Shown piece after piece: positions 1-7,393 of a stretch of DNA of 7,393 nucleotides. Origin of the DNA: Octopus sinensis (lineage: Eukaryota); assembly GCF_006345805.1 (NCBI RefSeq), contig NW_021828905.1, forward strand, positions 1 to 7,393, given 5' to 3'. The notes under the pieces were generated by a model. It was not told where the DNA came from, ran no database searches, and was given only the letters and a program-made list of their open reading frames with translations. Every line of letters begins with the position of its first letter. Within the stretch, counting starts at the first letter, position 1. Made by a program: the position numbers and the translations under genes.

Positions 1-556
1 CCACTCTGTAATTAGCCCTTTGTGAGTAGTAAAGAAATAAGTATTTCGTCTGTCTTACGTTCTGATTCAAATTCCGCCGAGGTCGACTTTGCCTTTCATT
101 CTTTCGGGGTCGATTAAATAAGTACCAGTTACGCACTGGGATCGATGTAACCGACTTAATCCGTCTGTCTGTCTTTGTTTGTCCACTCTGTATTTAGCCC
201 TTTGTGAGTAGTAAAGAAATAAGTATTTCGTCTGTCTTTACGTTCTGAGTTCAAATTCCGCCGAGGTCGACTTTGCCTTTCATTCTTTCGGGGTCGATTA
301 AATAAGTACCAGTTACGCACTGGGGTCGATGTAATCGACTTAATCCGTCTGTCTGTCCTTGTTTGTCCACTCTGTATTTAGCCCTTTGTGAGTAGTAAAG
401 AAATAGGTATTTCGTCTGTCTTTACGTTCTGAGTTCAAATTCCGCCGAGGTCGACTTTGCCTTTCATCCTTTCGGGGTCGATAAATTAAGTACCAGTTAC
501 GTACTGGGGTCGATGTAATCGACTAGCGCCCTCTCCCAAAATTTCGGGCCTTGTGC
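1..556 (+). repeat. Tandem array (~183-bp unit, ~3 copies, open at window start) built from the body of a tRNA-derived SINE
   Basis: CCACTCTGTA recurs at 1, 183 and 367 (periods 182/184) and the units are nearly identical. Units 2 and 3 carry the B-box-like GAGTTCAAATTCC (247-259, 431-443); unit 1 has a 1-bp deletion there. Each unit has short hairpins CCAGT-N5-ACTGG and GTCGAT-gta-ATCGAC. The last unit leaves the array at ~525 into CCCTCTCCCAAAATTTCGGGCCTTGTGC, which I recall as the usual 3' end of this octopus-type SINE. Confidence 0.9.
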
Positions 557-718
557 AGGAATCCACCTGAATTTTTCCGTACCTATTAATTACTGACACC
601 GTATTTCGTTTAGCAACTAAGATGTAACTACCAAGTAGATTAAAGGCTTCTAAATTAATGCTGTGTCCTATCTTTTTGTGTTAGCAATGCAATTCGATCA
701 TTTTAAATTTATCTCAAC

Positions 719-1503
719 AAGCGTGTTAGTGTGGTAAGAAGCTTGCTTCCCAACCACATGGTTCCGGGTTCAGTCCCGCTGCATGCACCTTGGGCAACTG
801 CCTTCTACTATAGCCAGAGGCCGACCAAAGCTTTATGAGTGGATTTGGTAGACGGAAACTGAAAGAAGCCCATCATATAATATCTGAGAACCCCTTCGGT
901 CACGGCACAGACCATGGCATTGCACCTAGAAAGTTACCCTCCCAGGCACAAGTCCGGGCAAGGTTGTTTATGGAAGACCAGCAGTCACCCATGCATACCA
1001 GCCTCCCCTTTCCACGCCACCAATGTTATCCAAGGGAAAGGCAAAGGGGCCGATGCAGCTTGGCACCTGTGACGTCGCAACTCATTTCTACAGCTGAGTG
1101 AACTGGAGCAACGCGAAATAAAGTGTCTTGCTCAAGAACACAACACGCAGCCCGGTCCGGGATTAGAACTCACAACCTCACGATCGTAAGCTCGACGCAC
1201 TAATCACATCACTGAGCCATGCGCCTTCACATCATATAATATATATGTGTGTCTGAGTTTGTGTGTGTGTGAGAGAGTTTTGCCCCCCCCCCCCACATAC
1301 ACACACACACAATCGATTGACAACCGATCTTGGTGTGTTTACGTCCCCGTAACTTAGCGGTTCGGCAAAACAGACTGAGAGAATATGCACCAGGCTTACA
1401 AAGAATAAGTCCAGGGGTTGATTTCCTCGATGAAAAGGCAGTGCTCCAGCATGGCCACAGTCAAATGACTGAAACAGGTAAAAGAATAAAAGAATGAATG
1501 AAA
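719..1503 (+). mobile_element. tRNA-derived SINE (family A; octopus OR-type/CORE-like), interrupted by a nested SINE at 884-1229
   Basis: It has a degenerate A box (GTGTGGTAAG ~729-738), B box GGTTCAGTCCC (767-777) and CORE-like CACCTTGGGCAA (~786-797). An internal (TA)/(TG)/(C)n/(CA) simple-repeat region follows. The 3' body continues at 1310-1480 (GACAACCGAT...CTTAGCGGTTCGGCAAAA...GTGCTCCAGCATGGCCACAGTCAAATGACTGAAAC) and ends in a short-repeat tail (TAAAAGAA)2 GAATG. Boundaries are approximate. Confidence 0.8.
884..1229 (-). mobile_element. tRNA-derived SINE (family B), full length, nested in SINE A with a 13-bp TSD
   Basis: The reverse complement begins TGAAGGCGCATGGCTCAGTG and aligns end to end with 2482-2820 (>90% identity by eye). 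It is flanked by the exact direct repeat CATCATATAATAT at 871-883 and 1230-1242. Confidence 0.92.
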
Positions 1504-1599
1504 TATTCTCTTAGAATTTAGAGCCAGCGCCGAAAGTTGCCAAACATCGGAACTTTCTGTGTTGGATCTAAATCTTATAGAAAATCTGTAGAGATTAAT

Positions 1600-1697
1600 C
1601 TTTCATTGTTACGAAATCGATAAAAGGAAGAACCTATTAGATATCGGTGTTGATGTAATCGATCGCAGCCCTTCCGTGTGGGTTTTTGTGCTTATGA
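1600..1697 (+). mobile_element. Highly degraded fragment of the SINE that forms the 1-556 array
   Basis: CTTTCATTGTTACGAAATCGATAAAA...GGTGTTGATGTAATCGAT...CCCTTCC...TTGTGC is colinear with CTTTCATCCTTTCGGGGTCGATAAAT...GGGGTCGATGTAATCGAC...CCCTCTCCC...TTGTGC at 461-556. Confidence 0.5.
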
Positions 1698-1722
1698 GCT
1701 AAATCGATATTTAGAAGGTTAC

Positions 1723-1867
1723 CAGTTTGTTGACGTCATCTATCTTGTACAGAATGTCACGTGTACGGAGGAGGGTGAAGCTGAGACCGTGTAAAGTCGA
1801 CTTTTGTGTCTCATTAAACACTGTTATTCTGCTTTGTTTATCGCGGTTATGGTTCGTTCGGTGCACC
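1723..1867 (-). CDS. Candidate internal coding exon of an unidentified host gene (145 bp)
   Basis: On the minus strand a pyrimidine tract TTTTTACATTCTCTCCGTTTCCGCCAG| precedes 1867 and a CTG|GTAACC donor follows 1723. Only one frame is open: VHRTNHNRDKQSRITVFNETQKSTLHGLSFTLLRTRDILYKIDDVNKL. The sequence is non-repetitive and higher in GC than its flanks. I do not recognise a protein family, and the donor is weak. Confidence 0.4.
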
Positions 1868-2053
1868 CTGGCGGAAACGGAGAGAATGTAAAAACTGTAA
1901 AAACAGCAGGATTGCATTTCTAAATGTCACAAACAATATGACAGGACACGGATGGGAGCGTTTCTGGTTAATCCATAAATGACAGGGGGGAAATTGTAGC
2001 CGCTACTAGATGTCAGCACTGTGCAACAGAGATAGCTTTAGAGAGTGGTAGAT

Positions 2054-2080
2054 GTATATGTGGTATATATATATATATAT

Positions 2081-2150
<70 letters not shown>

Positions 2151-2354
2151 ATGTATATATATATATTATATATATATATATGTATATATATATGTATATA
2201 TATATATATTTATATATATATGTATATATATATATATATATATTTATATATGTATATATATATTATATATATATATATGTATATATATATATGTATATAT
2301 ATATGTATAATATATGTATATATATATATTATATTATATATATATATATTTATA

Positions 2355-2400
<46 letters not shown>

Positions 2401-2406
2401 ATATTA

Positions 2407-2447
<41 letters not shown>

Positions 2448-2481
2448 TATATATATTATATTATATTATATTATATTATAT
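2054..2481. repeat. (TA)n microsatellite grading into (ATATT)n
   Basis: About 430 bp of nearly pure alternating TA with TG/TT interruptions. The distal ~45 bp is an ATATT pentamer repeat. Confidence 0.97.
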
Positions 2482-2830
2482 TGAAGGCGCGTGGCTCAGT
2501 GGTTAGAGCGTCGAGCTTACGATCGTGAGGTTGTGAGCTCGAATCCCGGACCGGGCTGCGTGTTGTGTTCTTGAGCAAGACACTTTATTTCACATTGCTC
2601 CAGTTCACTCAGCTGTAGAAATGAGTTGCGACGTCACAGGTGCCAAGCTGCATCGGCCCCTTTGCCTTTCCCTTGGATAACATTGGTGGCGTGGAGAGGG
2701 GAGGCTGGTATGCATGGGCGACTACTGGTCTTCCATAAAACAACCTTGCCCAGACTTGTGCCTCAGAGGGTAACTCTCTAGGTGCAAACCCATGGTCAGT
2801 GTCTGACCGAAGGGGGTCACCACCACCACC
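2482..2830 (+). mobile_element. tRNA-derived SINE (family B), full length, with (CAC)n tail
   Basis: A box TGGCTCAGTGG (2492-2502), B-box-like AGCTCGAATCC (2536-2546), CORE-like TTGAGCAAGACACTT (~2571-2585) and a (CAC)4 tail (2818-2830). It is an inverted copy of 884-1229 and has (ATATT)n on both sides. Confidence 0.92.
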
Positions 2831-2878
2831 ATATTATATTATATTATATTATATTATATTATATTGTATTATATTATT
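2831..2878. repeat. (ATATT)n pentanucleotide microsatellite
   Basis: About 9 tandem ATATT units, the same motif found immediately 5' of the SINE at 2482. Confidence 0.9.
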
Positions 2879-2988
2879 GCGTAACAGTAGTTTTATCTCT
2901 AATTCATATTTTATATATCTCTTATGATAAAAGGCAGATTTTCTCTGTCTGTTCCCATGTTCCTTTTTAATACAATTCTACAATATAG

Positions 2989-3440
2989 AATTTCTTCAAT
3001 TGGAATTTACCTACGATTTTTACAAGTAGATTCGATTGGGTCATGGCATATAAAGTTTTTTCTATTTGACCACCAATTAAGCAAAAATTTGAGAAAAGTA
3101 AATATTTTACGATTTGCCTCTCTAATTTCAACTGCTTCACTCATGCTATTACCATAATTTCTCCTACTTTCTCTTTGCAAGTGTACCTTAAACCACTACT
3201 CAAAAAAAAATACAGAGCAAACAGAAACAAATAAATACATAACGATTTACTCCTCACACAATTTCTTCAATTGGAGTTTACCTATGATTTTTCCAAGTAC
3301 ATCTATTCGGTCATGGCATATAAATTTCTTTCAATTTCACCCCCAATTAAACAAAAATTCGAGAAAACTCAATATTTTACGATTTCCCTCTCTCACTTCA
3401 AAGGCTTTACTCCGCCTATTACTCCCACTTCCTCTTTACA
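2989..3440. repeat. Diverged direct duplication of ~180-190 bp (2989-3179 and 3260-3440; offset 271 bp)
   Basis: Both copies run AATTTCTTCAATTGGA...GGTCATGGCATATAAA...CCAATTAA.CAAAAATT.GAGAAAA...AATATTTTACGATTT...CTATTA. My manual alignment gives about 85% identity over the first ~160 bp. Confidence 0.88.
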
Positions 3441-3506
3441 CACATAGACACGCAAACATATACATATATGACAGCGTCAATTGTTGAAAGAAAATTGTAA
3501 GCTAAG

Positions 3507-3521
3507 GTGTGTGTCTGTGTG

Positions 3522-3569
<48 letters not shown>

Positions 3570-3605
3570 TGTGTGTGGGTTGTGTGTGTGTGTGTGTGTG
3601 TGTGT
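3507..3605. repeat. (TG)n microsatellite
   Basis: About 49 TG units with a few interruptions. Confidence 0.97.
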
Positions 3606-4046
3606 AACAGCGATGAGCCATTAATAGAGGTCATCCTTTTTGCTAGAGGAAGATCCGCTATGGTCTTATATGCTACACCACTGGTTTCCAATTCATATTA
3701 ATCAAATTAATATTCAATTTTTCACCCTTATTATGTATGTGTGTATTAGCAATTCGTATAAAATTGCATCATTGACTTGAACTTGAATAAGTAGTTTCAC
3801 ATAAATGGGGATAAATTAAAAAGGTTTGTTGTTATTATTATTACTGTTTGACTATTGTAATCACGTTTGTTGGTTCCTCGCCAGGGAAACGTTGTGTTGC
3901 ATTTGTTAAATAATTGTAAACCGTAACCCTCCCCCTTTCGGAGAAGGGGCTTTGGTTATTGTTTCAAAATTGAATTGTGTCCCTGTTTGGGGAAATTGAC
4001 AATATTTTCACCGTCTTTACGGAAGCATTTTTGTTAAAATGCCTTT

Positions 4047-4214
4047 GGGAGGATTTTTTTCCTGGACGCTCCTGGGGGCACTGGGAAAACTTTTGTCAAC
4101 AAATTAATAATGGCTGAGATTAGGCGAACACAAGGCATTGCCCTAGCTGTGGCATCATCTGGAATTGCGGCTACTTTGTTGCCAGGCGGCAAGACAGCTC
4201 ACTCCACTTTCAAG
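4047..4214 (+). pseudogene. Isolated Helitron Pif1-like helicase fragment (Walker A through the HSTFK motif)
   Basis: It reads GRIFFLDAPGGTGKTFVNKLIMAEIRRTQGIALAVASSGIAATLLPGGKTAHSTFK, the canonical Helitron helicase motifs I, Ia and Ib. Similarity stops at 4214, where Rep-domain sequence begins in another frame. Confidence 0.9.
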
Positions 4215-6834
4215 TCTTTGGGCTCATACAATGTGACATGTACACAATCGAGTAGCAAAAAAGGGGCCTTTTACATGCTCATATCCTGCTTTGGCTCTCA
4301 GCGAAGATCAATTCCAATGACATCGACAACATAATCTCTGCAGAGCTTCCTGATCCAGCTTTAGACAAAGAACTATACGAAATAGTTAAAGCAAACATGA
4401 TACATGGTCCATGTGGGCGTGGATTCAACATAAACTCACTATGCTTGAAGGACAGCATATGTTCAAAAAGATTTCCAAGGAGGTTTCTACAAGAAACTCA
4501 GACAGGTGCTGATGGGTATCCATCATACAGACGCAGAAAACCAGAAGAGGTTTCACAGCAACTATCGGACAGCACGATATAGATAATAGATGGATTGTTC
4601 CATACTGCTCACTCCTGTCAAAGACTTTCAATGTCCACATCAACGTTGAGTTTTGCAACTCCGTTAAATCCATCAAGTACGTTTGAAATATATGTAAACA
4701 AGGGTTCTGATGCTGCAATGTTTTGGACTCATAAAATAAGAATACACTTAGGACCAGGTAGAGCATTATCAGGTGGGACGGTACATAAGTAGCAACGAGG
4801 CTTTCTGGTGCATCTTTGGCTTTCCAATTCACCAACGACACCCCGCCATTCAACAGCTTGCAGTGCACCTGGAAAATGGTCAAAGAGTGTACTTCACCGA
4901 TGCTAATATTTCTCTGTTGGCAGAGAAACCAAGGGATAGCACACTCACTGCATTCTTCAAGCTTTGTCAAGTGGATCCATTCACTCAAACCTTGCTGTAT
5001 CCACAGATTCCATCGTACTACACTTGGAATAGGAAAAAATGGGCCCCATGGAAAGCAGGTCAAAATGTTCATGGATACCCTGGCATTAAGTTTCACACTT
5101 GCCTTGGGCGAGTATATACAGAGCATCCCACTCAACAAGAGTGCTTCTACCTTCATCTACTACTGCATGAGGTCAGAGGGCCAACGTCTTTCCAGGCCTT
5201 AAAAACCGTTCATGGACATGTCTGCACAACATACAGAGAAGCCTGCTATCGACAAGGTCTTTTAGAAGATGGTGCACAATGGGATGCAACTTTGGGAGAG
5301 GCTGCTTTATCACAATCAGCTAAAAGTCTCATGGCATTATTTGCAGTATTACTACAGGCATGCGAACTGTGTGATCCGGCCACTCTATGGCTCAAATATA
5401 GAGACAACCTGGCTGAAGACTTTCAGCGCCAAGCTCAACTGCTCTATCCTGACATGGAGGGTATCAGCAATGAAATCTATAACAAAACACTCATTGACAT
5501 TGAAGACAGAATTGCTAAACTGGGTGGAAATGAATTGTCGACGTATGGCCTGCCACAAGCATTCAGCTCAGGGTCAAATAGCCTTCCCACTGCTGTCATT
5601 CATGAAACAACCTACGACACTCAAGCGCTTTCAAAGTACATTGTTGAAAATGAGCCTAAATTACTACCGGACCAGCTGCAGGCCTACAGAAATATTCTTA
5701 ACAGTGTACGCCAACACGAGGGACGAATCTTCTTCCTCGATGCTCCTGGAGGGACAGGAAAAACATTTATTACAAAGCTTCTCCTTGCAGAAGTTAGGCA
5801 GCATCAGAACATTGCAGTAGCTGTAGCTCCTCTGGCATTGCAGCTACTTTGTTACCCGGTGGCAGGCAGACACAGCACACTCAACTTTTAAACTCCCTCT
5901 CAATTAGCAGCATCTGAAATGCCTTCATGCAACATCAACAAAAGCTCAGATCAGGGACAAGTACTTAAAATGTGTCATCTAATTGTCTGGGATGAGTGCA
6001 CTATGGCTCACAAGGGAGCTTTGGAAGCATTAGATAGATCCCTGAAAGACATCTGAGACTGTCAGGCTCCAATGGGAGGTGTAACACTTCTGTTGTCAGG
6101 TGATTTCAGGCAAACTCTTCCTGTCATTCCCAAAGGCACTAGAGCAGATGAAGTCCAAGCATGCCTAAGGTCCTCTACCCTGTGGCATCATGTTACAATC
6201 CTTAGTCTCACCACTAACATGAGAGCTCAGCTACACGGTGACAAAATGTCCACAAAGTTTGCACAGGACATTTTGACACTTGGTAAAGGCAAGATGCCTC
6301 TCGATGCTGCAGGACAAATGGAAGTGTGGTTATTTTCCTCTGTTGTTAATTCTGTAGATGACCTCAAAAACAAAGTCTTTCCCAACTTCACACAAAACTA
6401 CCAAAATCACAATTAACAAAATTAATCAACAGCTAACGCATTTTCTTCCCGGTACTATACACATTGATACAATTCCAGATATAAATGAAGTTGTGAACTA
6501 TCCTCCTGAATTTCTCAATTCACTGGAGCCTCCTGGACTACCTCCACACATATTAGCACTTAAAGTTGGAACTCCTGTAATGCTACTCCACAATCTGGAA
6601 CCACCAAAACTTTGCATTGGAACACGACTGGTGATAAAGAAAATGATGTCACACGTTATCGAGGCGACCATTCTTTCTGGATGTGGAAAAGGTGATGACG
6701 TCTTTATTCCAAGAACTCTTCTTACTCCATCAGGAGCAGAAATTCCATTTACATTTAGAAGACTGCAATTCCCCCTTCGTGTCAGCTTTGCCATGTCCAT
6801 TAACAAATCTCAGGATCAAACCCTCTCTGTGGTG
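4211..6834 (+). mobile_element. Helitron rolling-circle transposon, RepHel coding region (HUH Rep + Pif1/SF1B helicase), pseudogenised and truncated at both ends
   Basis: Rep part: motif 2 YTIE*QKRGLLHAHILLWL (HUH at 4274-4282; TAG at 4253), MIHGPCG, GYPSYRRR, DNRWIVPY, HINVEFCNSVKSIKY, a frameshifted catalytic YxxKY...KG region (~4675-4710) and GRYISSNEAFW. Helicase part: Walker A APGGTGKT (5742-5765), Walker B IVWDEC (5982-5999), TGA at 6054, GDFRQTLP (from 6099), LTTNMR, PEFLNS..PPGLPPH.L.LKVG and FAMSINKSQDQTL (motif V). There are several frameshifts (~4550, ~4690, ~4725, ~5826-5905, ~6412), the motif-IV region is deleted near 6412, and motif VI is absent. Confidence 0.95.
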
Positions 6835-7014
6835 GTGGTGGTTGTGGTGGTGGTGGTGGTCATGGTGGTAGTGGTGGTGGTGGTCATGGTGGTGGTGGTG
6901 GTGGAGGTGATAGTGGTGGTGATGATGGTGGTGGTGGTGGTTGTAGTGGTGGTGGTGGTGGTAGTGGTCATGGTGGTAGTGGTGGTGGTGGTGGTCGTCG
7001 TCGTCGTCGTCGTC

Positions 7015-7045
<31 letters not shown>

Positions 7046-7173
7046 CAGAGTTGTCCGTAGAAGTGGTTGACTGTGAAGCTGTCGTCTTGGTTCTTCCAAT
7101 TCTTCGTGTCTCGGCGTCCATGCTCGCACCTGCACCTGTGTTGCTCCTCCCCTTCTTTCCCTCCTTCGTGAAG
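6816..7173 (-). CDS. Candidate exon with a low-complexity tract (poly-Thr or His/Asp-rich depending on frame)
   Basis: On the minus strand there is a branch-like CTTAC (7220-7216), a long pyrimidine tract TGTTTTCCCTCTCCCTCCCCTCCCCTCCCCCCACAG| and an exon start at 7173. All three frames are open into the repeat, e.g. FTKEGKKGRSNTGAGASMDAETRRIGRTKTTASQSTTSTDNSATTTT. The frame and the 3' boundary are uncertain, and I see no good donor. Confidence 0.35.
6829..7044. repeat. Compound trinucleotide repeat (GTG)n/(GTC)n/(GTCGTG)n, 72 triplets in phase
   Basis: Directly visible. The interruptions (GTT, GTA, ATG, GAG, ATA) all keep the 3-nt register. Confidence 0.95.
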
Positions 7174-7393
7174 CTGTGGGGGGAGGGGAGGGGAGGGAGA
7201 GGGAAAACACAGGTCGTAAGCAGTTGCAAGAGAGACCACCGTTCTTCTCGAAGAACGACTTCATGGCTTTGAAGTCGCCATGCCACAAAAGAGAATGGCT
7301 AGGAAAGCCGAAGACGAATTTACCAAATGGGGAAACACGCCACACAAAGGCAGGTTTCCGTGCAAAGAATTGGCAACACCGAATGTATTTGTA

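Noticed and set aside
1-556. CRISPR array or hammerhead-ribozyme (retrozyme) repeat
   Set aside because: Whole units are repeated with no unique spacers, the context is eukaryotic, and I found no CUGANGA...GAAA core on either strand.
835-1101. 88-aa ORF
   Set aside because: It spans the junction of two SINEs and is a chance open frame.
1731-1763. CRE (TGACGTCA, 1731-1738) and E-box (CACGTG, 1758-1763) as a promoter
   Set aside because: They are short motifs inside the candidate exon, with no other promoter evidence.
2045-2528. Long YI-repeat ORFs (153 and 158 aa)
   Set aside because: These are translations of the (TA)n microsatellite.
2485-2556. tRNA gene (apparent TAC anticodon loop)
   Set aside because: The acceptor and anticodon stems do not pair, and the sequence continues into a 270-bp body that is duplicated at 884-1229. 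It is a SINE head.
3419-3701. HT- and CV-repeat ORFs
   Set aside because: These are translations of the (TG)n microsatellite.
4425-5820. Overlapping ORFs 4425-5156 (-), 4816-5202 (+) and 5269-5820 (+)
   Set aside because: These are shadow frames of RepHel with no recognisable motifs. The same applies to 6498-6806 (-).
4773-5891. Functional cellular PIF1 helicase gene
   Set aside because: It is fused to an HUH Rep domain, intronless, and broken by stops and frameshifts, so it is a dead Helitron. Some indels could be sequencing errors, but the deletions and truncations cannot be.
6829-7272. Poly-Val membrane-anchored helicase fusion (ORF 6358-7272)
   Set aside because: Poly-Val is the plus-strand reading of the GTG tract, and the upstream helicase is already disabled.

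Overview
Repeat-dense eukaryotic (animal) DNA. The SINE families look like the tRNA-derived SINEs I recall from octopus/cephalopod genomes; this is recognition from memory, not a database hit. The left half (1-3605) holds a ~183-bp tandem array built from a SINE body and a ~440-bp SINE (719-1503) split by a second SINE that inserted in reverse with an exact 13-bp target-site duplication. It also has another copy of that second SINE in the opposite orientation inside a (TA)n/(ATATT)n tract, a diverged ~190-bp direct duplication, and microsatellites. The right half (4047-6834) is a decayed Helitron Rep-Helicase (HUH endonuclease plus Pif1-family SF1B helicase) pseudogene. It is preceded by an out-of-order helicase fragment from a different Helitron lineage and breaks off at helicase motif V, running straight into a (GTG/GTC)n tract. 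Two minus-strand segments carry good splice acceptors (exon starts at 7173 and 1867), which suggests a host gene on the minus strand or Helitron exon capture. No intact protein-coding gene is present. I cannot support a wholly new biological system. The best leads are the chimeric Helitron with a possible captured exon, the inverted SINE pair as a dsRNA/ADAR substrate, and the CpG-decay signature.
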